Program-made: the position numbers and the translations under genes
Source of the DNA: Syntrophales bacterium
Lineage (GTDB): Bacteria > Desulfobacterota > Syntrophia > Syntrophales > UBA2210
DNA length: 64,000 nucleotides
NCBI GenBank assembly: GCA_963662405.2
Contig: CAXXKT010000001.1
Span: 2,272,001 to 2,336,000 of the forward strand
Reading direction: 5' to 3'
Shown here: in pieces, positions 29,900 to 39,050 of the stretch
How positions within the stretch are numbered: position 1 is the first letter of the stretch
How the letters are laid out: the number at the start of each line of letters is the position of its first letter
Notes under the pieces: model-generated
What the model saw: the letters and a program-made list of their open reading frames with translations, nothing else
What the model was told of the DNA's origin: nothing
The model's database searches: none

Positions 29900-31366
29900 A
29901 TGAGAACAAAAGAAGAATATATTGAAGGTTTGAGCAAGATGAAGAGAAACCTTTTCATCAACGGTGAAAAGATAGGGCGTGATGATGAGCGGTTTGTCCC
30001 GGGTTACAATGTCATGGGAACCACCTTCGAACTCGCCGCGAAACCCGAGTATGAAGGATTCCTCACGGCCACCTCACACCTGACCGGTGAAAAGATCAAT
30101 CGCTTTAACCACATCCACCAGAATACGGAGGATCTGCACAAAAAACAGGACATGACCCGGCTCTATTGTCAAGTCGTGGGTGGGTGTGTCCAGCGGTGTA
30201 TGGGGATCGACGCGACAAACGCCATCTATACCGTTTCCTACGAGGCGGACAAGTCGAACAAGGGAGCTACCCAGTATCACGAGAATTTCAAAAAATGGCT
30301 GGAGCGGTTTCAAACGGAAGATCTGGTGGGATGCTGCGCTCAGACCGACGTCAAGGGCGACCGGATGTTGCGCCCCAGCAAGCAGCCCGACCCTGACTCC
30401 TACGTCCATGTGGTCGAAAGAAAGAAGGATGGCATCGTTGTCAGCGGTGCCAAGGTCCACATCTCGGAATCGGCGATTGCAGACGAGATCCTTGTAGTTC
30501 CCACACGGGCCTTAATGGAGGATGATAAGGATTATGCCGTTTCATTCGCCATCCCCGGCGACTGGGATGGATTGAAACAACTGGTCACGATCCACAACTG
30601 GCGTGACAGAAAGTATTTTCCCAAGGGATTCAACGCGGGGAGCAATGACTCCTACCTGATATTCGACAATGTTTTCATCCCCTGGGAGCGGGTCTTTTTG
30701 TGCGGCGAATACCAGCACGGCGGGATCCTGGCTCTCCTCTTCGCCCTTTTCCACCGCCACAGTTACTCGGGCTGCAAGCCGGCGCTGGGAGACCTGATGC
30801 TGGGGACCTGCGCCCTGGCAGCCGATGCCAACGGTATCAGCAAAGCGAAGCACGTCCATTCCAAATTTGCGGAGATCATCAAGGTAAGCGAGCTGGGATA
30901 CGCCGCGGGATTTACCGCATCAGAACTGGGAAAACCGGAGGTGTATATACCGGGGAAGGGGTTTGTCCCGTATGGACCGGGTAACTATATCCCCCACTCC
31001 ATTTATGCCAATGTGGGCCGTTGTCTGACCGGCGAGGCCGTCTTCCACGAGATGGAGATGCTGGCCGATATCTCCGGTGGAATGCCTGCCACGTTCCCCC
31101 ATGAGGGGGAGTTTGTCAATCCGGAAACGGCCGAGTTTGCCAAGAAATACACCACCCGAAGCTCTAAGATGTCACCGGAGAACCAGGCTCAGCTGTGGCG
31201 CCATGTTGGTGACCTGGCCTGTTCCGCCAAGGGGGGCATCGCCAACTTCGGCGCGCTCCACGGCGGCGGATCTCCCCGGATGGAAACCATCGCCATCACG
31301 ACCCAGTACGACATCGAGGCTCGCAGGGAGATTGTCCGGAAGGTAGCCGGGATGACGAAGGATTGA
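29900..31366 (+). CDS. abfD: 4-hydroxybutyryl-CoA dehydratase-like FAD/[4Fe-4S] enzyme
   Basis: CVQRC and HRHSYSGCK Fe-S ligand motifs, TDVKGDR, HGGGSP. Confidence 0.82.
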   Translation: MRTKEEYIEGLSKMKRNLFINGEKIGRDDERFVPGYNVMGTTFELAAKPEYEGFLTATSHLTGEKINRFNHIHQNTEDLHKKQDMTRLYCQVVGGCVQRCMGIDATNAIYTVSYEADKSNKGATQYHENFKKWLERFQTEDLVGCCAQTDVKGDRMLRPSKQPDPDSYVHVVERKKDGIVVSGAKVHISESAIADEILVVPTRALMEDDKDYAVSFAIPGDWDGLKQLVTIHNWRDRKYFPKGFNAGSNDSYLIFDNVFIPWERVFLCGEYQHGGILALLFALFHRHSYSGCKPALGDLMLGTCALAADANGISKAKHVHSKFAEIIKVSELGYAAGFTASELGKPEVYIPGKGFVPYGPGNYIPHSIYANVGRCLTGEAVFHEMEMLADISGGMPATFPHEGEFVNPETAEFAKKYTTRSSKMSPENQAQLWRHVGDLACSAKGGIANFGALHGGGSPRMETIAITTQYDIEARREIVRKVAGMTKD

Positions 31367-31420
31367 TGTGAAATTTGTAAGGAGAGAGCGTTACGGTTGT
31401 TATAAGAAGGGACAGAGGCG

Positions 31421-32308
31421 ATGATCAAGCAAATGTTTGTCGCCGGCGCGGGGTTGATGGGAGGTGGGATCGCCCAGGTCTGCGCGCAGGCGGGTTATGA
31501 GGTGACGATCCGCGACCTGAGCGAAGAACTCATCGAAAAGGGCCTTCAATCGGTCAGATGGTCGGTGGAGAAGCTTGTGGAGAAGGGAAGGAGCCCGGGC
31601 AGTGTCGATGAGATCATGGGCAGGATCACGGGGACAACCGATCTTGCCGCCGCCTCCGCCGCCGATTTTGTATTTGAGGCCGTCGTTGAGGATCTCAAGA
31701 TCAAGCGGCAGCTCTTCGCAGATCTCGATTCCATATGCCCCCCCTACGCCGTCTTCGCGAGCAACACCTCGGCGATCCCCATCACAAAGATCGCGGAGGC
31801 GGTGGGCAGGAAGACCCAGTTCCTGGGGGCCCACTTCTTCAGCCCCGTTCCGATGATGCGGATCGTGGAGGTGGTGAGGATTTCCGAGACATCCGAAGAA
31901 ACGATCGTCCTTGTCGAAGAGATCTGCAAGTCCCTGGGGAAGGAGACGATTCGGGTCAACCGCGACGTTGCCGGCTTTGCCCTGAACCGGATCAATTATC
32001 CCAGCACGGTTGAGGCGATCAGACTGGTTGAAGCGGGTGTGGTGAGCGTGGAGGACGTGGATAAGGGGATGCGTCTTGGCTTCGGACGACCCATGGGGCC
32101 TTTTGAGACCTCTGACATGGCCGGTCTCGATGTGGTCTACAACGCCTATAAGGCCGTCTATGAAGATACGGAGGACGAGAAGTTCTGTCCCCCGGAGATC
32201 TTCCGCAGGAAGGTGGAGCGGGGCGAGTTGGGGCGCAAGACCGGCACCGGCTGGTATCGCTACGACGAAAAGGGTAAGAAGCTGGGACCGGCGGATCTGC
32301 CGGAATAG
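31421..32308 (+). CDS. 3-hydroxyacyl-CoA dehydrogenase
   Basis: GAGLMGGGIA, ASNTS, HFFSP, PMGPF. Confidence 0.93.
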   Translation: MIKQMFVAGAGLMGGGIAQVCAQAGYEVTIRDLSEELIEKGLQSVRWSVEKLVEKGRSPGSVDEIMGRITGTTDLAAASAADFVFEAVVEDLKIKRQLFADLDSICPPYAVFASNTSAIPITKIAEAVGRKTQFLGAHFFSPVPMMRIVEVVRISETSEETIVLVEEICKSLGKETIRVNRDVAGFALNRINYPSTVEAIRLVEAGVVSVEDVDKGMRLGFGRPMGPFETSDMAGLDVVYNAYKAVYEDTEDEKFCPPEIFRRKVERGELGRKTGTGWYRYDEKGKKLGPADLPE

Positions 32309-32386
32309 CTGCTGTTTATGAAGAGCCTCCCATGCGGGGCTTTGTGGATGACAGAGATACAGTCTTTACACGAGAGGAGAGTACCT

Positions 32387-33166
32387 ATGAGCGAGCAGGT
32401 TGTGAGTTATATTATCGAGGATGGGATTGCGACCGTGACGATCAACAATCCCCCCATGAACCCTTTGGTAACGGCCGTCAGGGATCAGCTTTCGGCGATT
32501 ATGGGGGAACTCGCGGGGAAGCTGGATGAGGTCAAGGCGGTGATTCTCACCGCAACGGGGAAGGCCTTTGTCGCCGGAGCCGATATCAAGTCGTTCCCGG
32601 AGTTGAATCAGGAAAAGGCGAAAGCGCGGCTGAAAATAACGCGTCCCCTCTACCAGCAGATGGAGGATTTCACGCGTCCCGTCATCTGTGCCATCAACGG
32701 TTACTGCCTCGGCGGCGGTCTGGAACTTGCCATGAGCTGTGACGTCCGTATCGCATCGACGAAGGCACAGTTCGGTCAGCCGGAGATCAACCTGGGTATC
32801 ATCCCCGGTGGAGGCGGGACCCAGCGTCTTCCTCGCCTCGTGGGGGCCGGCATCGCCAAGGAGTTGATCTACACGGGAAAGTTTATCAGCGCCGAGCGAG
32901 CCGCAGTCATCGGTCTTGTGAATGCCGTGGTGGAGCCGGATAAACTGATGGACGAGGCCAAGGAGATGGCAGCGCTCATCGCGAGCAAGCCCGTCCTCGC
33001 CGTGAGGGCCGCCAAAGAGGTGATTAATCACGGGCTTAATATGACCCTGAGTGAGGGACTCGATCTCGAATCGATGCACTGGAGCTACCTCTGCGGGACC
33101 GAGGACCAGAAAGAGGGTACCAATGCCTTCATTGAGAAGCGTAAACCGACCTTCGTGGGGAGGTAG
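32387..33166 (+). CDS. Enoyl-CoA hydratase (crotonase family)
   Basis: [31 protein letters not shown]. Confidence 0.93.
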   Translation: MSEQVVSYIIEDGIATVTINNPPMNPLVTAVRDQLSAIMGELAGKLDEVKAVILTATGKAFVAGADIKSFPELNQEKAKARLKITRPLYQQMEDFTRPVICAINGYCLGGGLELAMSCDVRIASTKAQFGQPEINLGIIPGGGGTQRLPRLVGAGIAKELIYTGKFISAERAAVIGLVNAVVEPDKLMDEAKEMAALIASKPVLAVRAAKEVINHGLNMTLSEGLDLESMHWSYLCGTEDQKEGTNAFIEKRKPTFVGR

Positions 33167-33244
33167 AGGCGGTGTTGGTGCGTGGTGGTAATCAGATAGA
33201 ATCAGTGATAACGAGATTGGATAATCAGAGAAAGTAAAGGGGTT

Positions 33245-34138
33245 ATGAATATGGAAATCAAAACGATCATGGTGGTGGGTTCAGGATTGATGGGGGGCGG
33301 TATCGCTCAGGTCGCAGCCCAGGCAGGGTATAATGTCATCATGAACGATGTCAAGATGGACTTTATCGATAAAGGGTTCAACAACATCGCCGGGCTTCTG
33401 GACAGGAAGATCAAAAAGGGCAAGATGACGGAAGAGGATAAGGCGACGATTCTGGGCCGTATCAGCAAGTCGGTCGACTTTAATGCCGCCAAGGATGTGG
33501 ATTTTGTCATCGAGGCCGCCTTTGAGAACCTGGAGGTCAAGAAGGGTATCTTTCAACAACTCGATGCTATCTGCGGTGAGAACGTGATCTTTGCGTCGAA
33601 TACCTCCTCTATTCCGATCACCACGCTGGCCGCGGCGACGGGGCGCCCTGACCGTTTTATCGGGATGCATTTCTTCAGTCCCGTCCCGGTGATGCGTCTG
33701 GTCGAGGTCATCCCCGCCCTGAAGACCGCCGAAGAGGTGATCGCGGCGACGGAAGCGCTCGCGGCGAAGATGGGGAAAGAGACGGTCCGCGTGAAGGATG
33801 TACCGGGATTCTTGGTCAACCGGGCCAATGCGGCCTTTCGTGCTGAATGTTATAAATGCCTCCTGGAGGGTGTTGCCAGCCTCGAGGACATCGATAAGGC
33901 GATCAAGCTTGGTTTGAATCATCCCATGGGTCCCTTTGAATTGGGCGATTTTGTCGGCGTGGAGATTGGGTACAATGTCTTCAAGACCCTGTACGAGGGA
34001 TATAAGGATCCGAAATTCGCCCCCTCCTTGATCCTGGAGAAGCTTGTCATCAGTGGAGACCTGGGAAAAAAGACGGGGAAGGGGTGGTACGATTATACCT
34101 CCGGAGAGAGAAAACCCCGGACGGATCTCAAGTTTTAG
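33245..34138 (+). CDS. 3-hydroxybutyryl/3-hydroxyacyl-CoA dehydrogenase
   Basis: GSGLMGGGIA, ASNTS, MHFFSP, HPMGPF. Confidence 0.93.
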   Translation: MNMEIKTIMVVGSGLMGGGIAQVAAQAGYNVIMNDVKMDFIDKGFNNIAGLLDRKIKKGKMTEEDKATILGRISKSVDFNAAKDVDFVIEAAFENLEVKKGIFQQLDAICGENVIFASNTSSIPITTLAAATGRPDRFIGMHFFSPVPVMRLVEVIPALKTAEEVIAATEALAAKMGKETVRVKDVPGFLVNRANAAFRAECYKCLLEGVASLEDIDKAIKLGLNHPMGPFELGDFVGVEIGYNVFKTLYEGYKDPKFAPSLILEKLVISGDLGKKTGKGWYDYTSGERKPRTDLKF

Positions 34139-34234
34139 TAACAGCAGCTCGGGAGTGCCCGGGTCAGTGTGAAAATGTAGAGATATGACACGGCCCCGGC
34201 CGGTGCGATCGGCTGGCGTAGTGAGGAGGTTGAA

Positions 34235-35485
34235 ATGAGAGAAGTAGTCATTGTTGATATGGCGAGAAGCGCCATCGGCAGGCACGGTGGGACGATTAAG
34301 AATCTTCCCTTCTGGGACCTGCTGGCTCAGACGGCCAAGGCGGTTGTCGATAGGAACAGCGGGAAGATCGCTCCCGAGATGTATGATTATGTGATTATGG
34401 GTCATGTGAAGCAGAGCACGGTCGTGTCAAACACGGCACGCAACCTGGTATTAATGATCGGGCTCCCCGAGGAGGTGCCGGCTTTTGCCGACACCGTTGC
34501 CTGCGCCTCGGGGATGCTCTCGATCATGGAAGGGTATGAGTTCATCAAGAACGGTTTTGCTGATGTTATCCTGGCTGGTGGTGTCGAGTGGATGAGCGGT
34601 GGCGAGTATTTTCTCTCCGATACGAGCAATCATTCCTTCGGTAACGGTGATGTGAAGCTCTTGGATTCGATTACTACCGGCGGACCCGGGGCGGCTCCGG
34701 TGGAACGATACGGCAATATCCCCATGGGGATCACCGCCGAGAATCTCGTAGAGATGCACAATATCTCCCGCGAGGAACAGGATATCTTCTCCCTGCGCAG
34801 TCAGAAACTGGCCGTGCAGGCGATTGAAAACGGCGACTTCAAGGCCGAGATCGTTCCCGTCCGGTACGAAAAGGACGACGGGACCATCGGTATCTTTGCG
34901 GTCGATGAATTCCCCCGGAAGGAGACGACGCTCGAGGGGCTGGCAAAGCTCAAACCCGTTTTCAAGAAGGACGGAACCGTAACGGCGGGAAGCTCGTCGG
35001 GAAGAAACGATGGAGCGGCGATCTGCCTCATCATGTCACGGGAAAAGGCGGACGAATTGGGCGTGACACCCCGGGCGCGGATTCTCAGTTGCGGTCTGGC
35101 GGGTGTCGACCCGAAGATCATGGGGAGGGGCCCGGTCCCCTCCACGGCGATCGCAATGAAAAAGGCGGGGATGACCCTGACCGATATGGACATCGTAGAA
35201 CTGAACGAGGCCTTTGCAGGCCAGTCTCTCGCTGTCATGCGGGAATGGAAGGAGATGTACGGGATCGACGACAAATGGCTCGACGAAAACGTGAACCTCT
35301 GGGGAGGCGCGATCGCCCTCGGGCATCCCCTCGGCGCCAGCGGCTGCATCATCACGACCAAGCTGTTCTACGGACTGGAGCGCACCGGTAAGCGCTACGG
35401 CCTGGCCACCCTGTGCTGCGGAGGCGGCATCGGCGGGGCCATTATTATAGAGCGGCTTGAGGGCCGGGAAGGAGGTGCCCAGTGA
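34235..35485 (+). CDS. Thiolase
   Basis: ACASG, NEAF, GHPLG, CCGGG. Confidence 0.92.
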   Translation: MREVVIVDMARSAIGRHGGTIKNLPFWDLLAQTAKAVVDRNSGKIAPEMYDYVIMGHVKQSTVVSNTARNLVLMIGLPEEVPAFADTVACASGMLSIMEGYEFIKNGFADVILAGGVEWMSGGEYFLSDTSNHSFGNGDVKLLDSITTGGPGAAPVERYGNIPMGITAENLVEMHNISREEQDIFSLRSQKLAVQAIENGDFKAEIVPVRYEKDDGTIGIFAVDEFPRKETTLEGLAKLKPVFKKDGTVTAGSSSGRNDGAAICLIMSREKADELGVTPRARILSCGLAGVDPKIMGRGPVPSTAIAMKKAGMTLTDMDIVELNEAFAGQSLAVMREWKEMYGIDDKWLDENVNLWGGAIALGHPLGASGCIITTKLFYGLERTGKRYGLATLCCGGGIGGAIIIERLEGREGGAQ

Positions 35486-36669
35486 AGGAAACAGTATTTG
35501 TCAGCGCGGTGAGGACACCGATCGGAAGATATATGGGATCACTCAAGACCGTGAGGATCCAGGATCTGGCGGCGCATACGATGAAGGCGGCGATCGAGCG
35601 GGCCGGAATAGACTCGGACGCCCTCGATATGAGCATCTACAGCCAGTCGATGCAGAGCAGCTTGCCGGCGAACGTAGGGCGGCACGCCTGGACACTGGCC
35701 GGCCTGAGTGAGAACCCGGCGGGGTATACTTTTAATACCCTCTGTGCCGGTGCGCTCCAGACGATGATCAGCGGTTTCAACAAGATCGTCGGCGAGGAAT
35801 ACCGGGGGATGCTGGTCGGCGGTGTGGAGAGCTATAGCCTGGCTCAGTACTACCTGTTCCACCCGCGGTACGAATTCGGGCCGCACAGCCTCTGCTTTAA
35901 CGATGCAAAACTGGAGGTTGAAATGAATGCTCAGCCGGAGGAAGAGTATGGGGAACTGACGGCGGCTACGCTCGCCGACATGGTTGCTGCCCGATACGGC
36001 TTTACCCGGAGTGTTCTGGATGCCTATACCCTGTGTGACAAAGAGAAGGCCGTCGCGGCGATCGAGAGTGGCCGGATTGCCCCGCAGATCAAACCCGTAA
36101 TCGTCAAGCAGCGAAAGAAAGAGACCGTTGTTGAGGCGGACGAATTGCCGGAGACGGTGACCATGGAGGAACTGATGGTCCTGACGCCGGAGAATGAGGG
36201 CGGGACGGCGACGGACGCGAATGTCGCACCCTGGGCGGACGGCTCGGCGTCGTTGATCATGTTGTCCGCTGAGCGGGCGGAGGAACTGGGGGCGAAACCC
36301 CTGGCAAAGATGGTCGGCTTCGGAGTCGCGGCCGGCAATCCGACACTTCCCGAATTGATAGCGGTTCGCTCGATGGAGAAGGCACTGGCCATGTGCGGGT
36401 TGGGGGTCGATGATCTGGACTTCTTCGATATCCATACCCCATCGGCCGCCTACGGCATCACTGTCGAGGAGATGCTCGGTGAAGCGACTGCCGGGAAGGT
36501 GAATGTGGACGGCAGCTCCCTCTCCTTCGGTCATCCCGGTGCGGCGACCGGCGCGATTATGGCGACCGGTATGATACACCGACTGGCGGGTAAGGCGGGC
36601 AGTCGGGGCCTGATCAATGTTGCGGCCCTGGGTGGACAGTCTCTTTCTCTCATTATCGAAGGGTGCTGA
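35482..36669 (+). CDS. Thiolase-like protein with degenerate active site
   Basis: VRTPIG, LCAGA and GHP kept; NEAF replaced by HTPS; CxGGG replaced by ALGG. Confidence 0.85.
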   Translation: MKETVFVSAVRTPIGRYMGSLKTVRIQDLAAHTMKAAIERAGIDSDALDMSIYSQSMQSSLPANVGRHAWTLAGLSENPAGYTFNTLCAGALQTMISGFNKIVGEEYRGMLVGGVESYSLAQYYLFHPRYEFGPHSLCFNDAKLEVEMNAQPEEEYGELTAATLADMVAARYGFTRSVLDAYTLCDKEKAVAAIESGRIAPQIKPVIVKQRKKETVVEADELPETVTMEELMVLTPENEGGTATDANVAPWADGSASLIMLSAERAEELGAKPLAKMVGFGVAAGNPTLPELIAVRSMEKALAMCGLGVDDLDFFDIHTPSAAYGITVEEMLGEATAGKVNVDGSSLSFGHPGAATGAIMATGMIHRLAGKAGSRGLINVAALGGQSLSLIIEGC

Positions 36670-36744
36670 CAGGACGATTGGTGAGCTTACGCATATAAGG
36701 ATGTATAATATTACGGAAAGATACCACAAGGAGGTACGGAGTTA

Positions 36745-37902
36745 ATGGATTTTGCACTGACGGAAGAGCAACAGATGCTCCAGGATATGGCGAAAAACTT
36801 CGCCGAGGGGGAGATCGCGCCCCACGTAGACGAGGACGAGGAAAACCACCACTGGCGAAAAGGGATATATGACCAAATGGCGGAGCTGGGATTCTTCGGT
36901 TTCAGTATTGATGAAGAATTCGGCGGCAATGGGATGGGATTCCTCGAGGGCGCGCTTGCCATTGAACAGGTGGCCAAGGTTCATACCTCTTGGAGAATGG
37001 CCTTCAATATGCAGGACTGGGGACCGGCCTTGACGATCCAGAAGTTCGGGACCGATGAGCAGAAGAGGGAGTATATCCCGAAATTTGTCAGTGGTGAGTA
37101 CATCGGCAGCTTCGCCATGACGGAACCCGATTTTGGTTCCGATGTAGCGGGGATGAAGTGCCGTGCCGAGGACAAGGGGGATCACTTCCTGGTGAACGGC
37201 AACAAAATGTTTATCACCAACGGCTCGATCTGCGACTCCGGTCTTCTGTATGTGAAGACCGACAAGGACGCCGGGGCCAAGGGAGTAACCTGCCTCATCA
37301 TGGACTACAGCCTGCCGGGGATCAGCCGAACAAAGATGACGGAGAAGGTGGGTCTCTGGGCCTCCGACACGGGAGAGATAACATTTGAAAACGTCGAGGT
37401 TCCCAAGGAACTCGTCCTGGGTGAGGTGAATAGAGGGTTCCAGATCTGCATGACGCAGCTGAACGCCACGCGGCTCGGCTGTGCGGCCGGAGCTCTGGGC
37501 CTGTCCGGTGCCTGCCTGGAGGCCTCGGTTCAGTATGCAAAAGAGCGGAACCAGTTCGGCCAGCCGATAGGAAAGTATCAATTGATCCAGCAGCAGATAG
37601 CCGAGATGAAGATGGAGCACGAGGCGCTGGCGGCCCTGGTCTACAAGGCCGCCTGGCTGAAGGACCACAATCTTCCCAATGTGATGGAGACCTCCATGGC
37701 GAAACTGTTTTCTGCAAAGGCGGCCGTCCATGCGGCGAATGAGTGTATGAAGCTACACGGTTCCTTCGGGTACTCGACGGAATATCCCTGCGGGCGATTC
37801 CTGAGAGACTGCAAGCAGTTCGAGACGCTGGAAGGCACTTCGAACATGCACACCATGATCGTCGCGAATGCGACGCTGGGGTTTGCCAAAAACAGGATAT
37901 AG
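36745..37902 (+). CDS. Acyl-CoA dehydrogenase resembling non-decarboxylating glutaryl-CoA dehydrogenase
   Basis: FAMTEPDFGSD, RxxxNM motif (WRMAFNM), GYSTEYP, LEGTSN; gcd genes downstream. Confidence 0.75.
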   Translation: MDFALTEEQQMLQDMAKNFAEGEIAPHVDEDEENHHWRKGIYDQMAELGFFGFSIDEEFGGNGMGFLEGALAIEQVAKVHTSWRMAFNMQDWGPALTIQKFGTDEQKREYIPKFVSGEYIGSFAMTEPDFGSDVAGMKCRAEDKGDHFLVNGNKMFITNGSICDSGLLYVKTDKDAGAKGVTCLIMDYSLPGISRTKMTEKVGLWASDTGEITFENVEVPKELVLGEVNRGFQICMTQLNATRLGCAAGALGLSGACLEASVQYAKERNQFGQPIGKYQLIQQQIAEMKMEHEALAALVYKAAWLKDHNLPNVMETSMAKLFSAKAAVHAANECMKLHGSFGYSTEYPCGRFLRDCKQFETLEGTSNMHTMIVANATLGFAKNRI

Positions 37903-37920
37903 GACTATACGAAAAGACTA

Positions 37921-38029
37921 CTCAGGTTCATAGGTTCACGGTTCACAGCCGTTAATGTGCCGCTGGATGCTTTCATGCTTCGTGCTGTACACCTTCTGCT
38001 ATGCCCTTGCTGTGAGCCGTGAACCTGAG
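37921..38029. repeat. Inverted repeat built from GGTTCAC-like heptamers
   Basis: CTCAGGTTCATAGGTTCACGGTTCACAGC ... GCTGTGAGCCGTGAACCTGAG. Confidence 0.65.
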
Positions 38030-38064
38030 CAGTTGCGATACTTCCACGTTCGACCGGAGGGCTT

Positions 38065-38580
38065 ATGCAGGGGTGCGTACAGGTTTACACGGGAGACGGA
38101 AAAGGAAAGACGACGGCGGCCTTGGGGCTGGCACTGCGGGCCGCCGGTGCCGGATTGAAGGTCTATCTGGCACAATTCGTTAAGGGGATGCATTACAGCG
38201 AGCTCGACGCCCTTGATCGCTTTCAGGACACCATCACCGTGAAGCAGTACGGCCGTGACTGCTTTATATACAAAACTCCCCAAGAGCAGGATATTCTGGC
38301 GGCCCGCCGTGGTCTTGAAGAGACCTGCCGAATCGTGGCGTCCGGCGCCTACGATGTGGTCATTCTCGATGAGGCGAACATCGCTACCCACTACAAACTC
38401 TTTTCAGTCGAAGATCTCCTCGCGTGTATCGATGCGCGCCCTCCCCACGTCGAGGTGATTATTACGGGGAGGCGGGCCGACGCGAGGATTATCGAACGGG
38501 CCGATCTGGTGACGGAGATGAAGGAGATCAAACATTACTATGCTAAAGGGGTACCGGCCCGTGACGGCATAGAAAAATGA
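38065..38580 (+). CDS. btuR: Cob(I)alamin adenosyltransferase, BtuR/CobO type
   Basis: VYTGDGKGKTTAALG, QFVKG, ILDE, ITGR, ADLVTEM. Confidence 0.92.
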   Translation: MQGCVQVYTGDGKGKTTAALGLALRAAGAGLKVYLAQFVKGMHYSELDALDRFQDTITVKQYGRDCFIYKTPQEQDILAARRGLEETCRIVASGAYDVVILDEANIATHYKLFSVEDLLACIDARPPHVEVIITGRRADARIIERADLVTEMKEIKHYYAKGVPARDGIEK

Positions 38581-38608
38581 TACGTTCAGTGTGAGGAGAT
38601 TGGATGAG

Positions 38609-39013
38609 ATGAAGATCTTATGTGTGGACCACATCGGCATCGCGGCCGACAGCATAGAGGGAAGTGCGCAGTTCTATACGCAGGTGCTGGGAATCGAGAT
38701 GAGCGGCGTAGAAGAAGTCGCAGAGCAGAAGGTCAAAACGGCATTTCTCCCGGTGGGTGAATCCGAGCTTGAGATACTGGAGTCGACGGCCCCTGACGGA
38801 CCTATTGCCCGGTATATCGCCAAGAACGGAGAGGGGATACAGCACATTGCCCTGCGGGTTGACGATATTGACGCGGCCCTTGCGGAACTCAAGGAGAAGG
38901 GTGTCAGGCTGATCGATGAGGTGCCCAGGCGCGGCGCGGGTGGCACAAAGATTGCCTTTCTGCACCCCAAGGCCACCGGGGGGGTACTCCTCGAACTGTG
39001 CCAGAGAGACTGA
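38609..39013 (+). CDS. mce: Methylmalonyl-CoA epimerase
   Basis: DHIGIA, GEGIQHIALRV, FLHPK..GGVLLEL. Confidence 0.93.
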   Translation: MKILCVDHIGIAADSIEGSAQFYTQVLGIEMSGVEEVAEQKVKTAFLPVGESELEILESTAPDGPIARYIAKNGEGIQHIALRVDDIDAALAELKEKGVRLIDEVPRRGAGGTKIAFLHPKATGGVLLELCQRD

Positions 39014-39050
39014 ACATGGGATGGCCATTCTAATGGGAGGATGAAAAGGG

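Noticed and set aside
29900..31366. 4-hydroxyphenylacetate 3-monooxygenase (HpaB)
   Set aside because: Same fold family, but the CxxxC and HxxxxxxC Fe-S ligands and anaerobic CoA context indicate AbfD
37903..38064. Cobalamin riboswitch upstream of btuR
   Set aside because: No B12-box or GGGAA/ACTG core visible; only an inverted repeat
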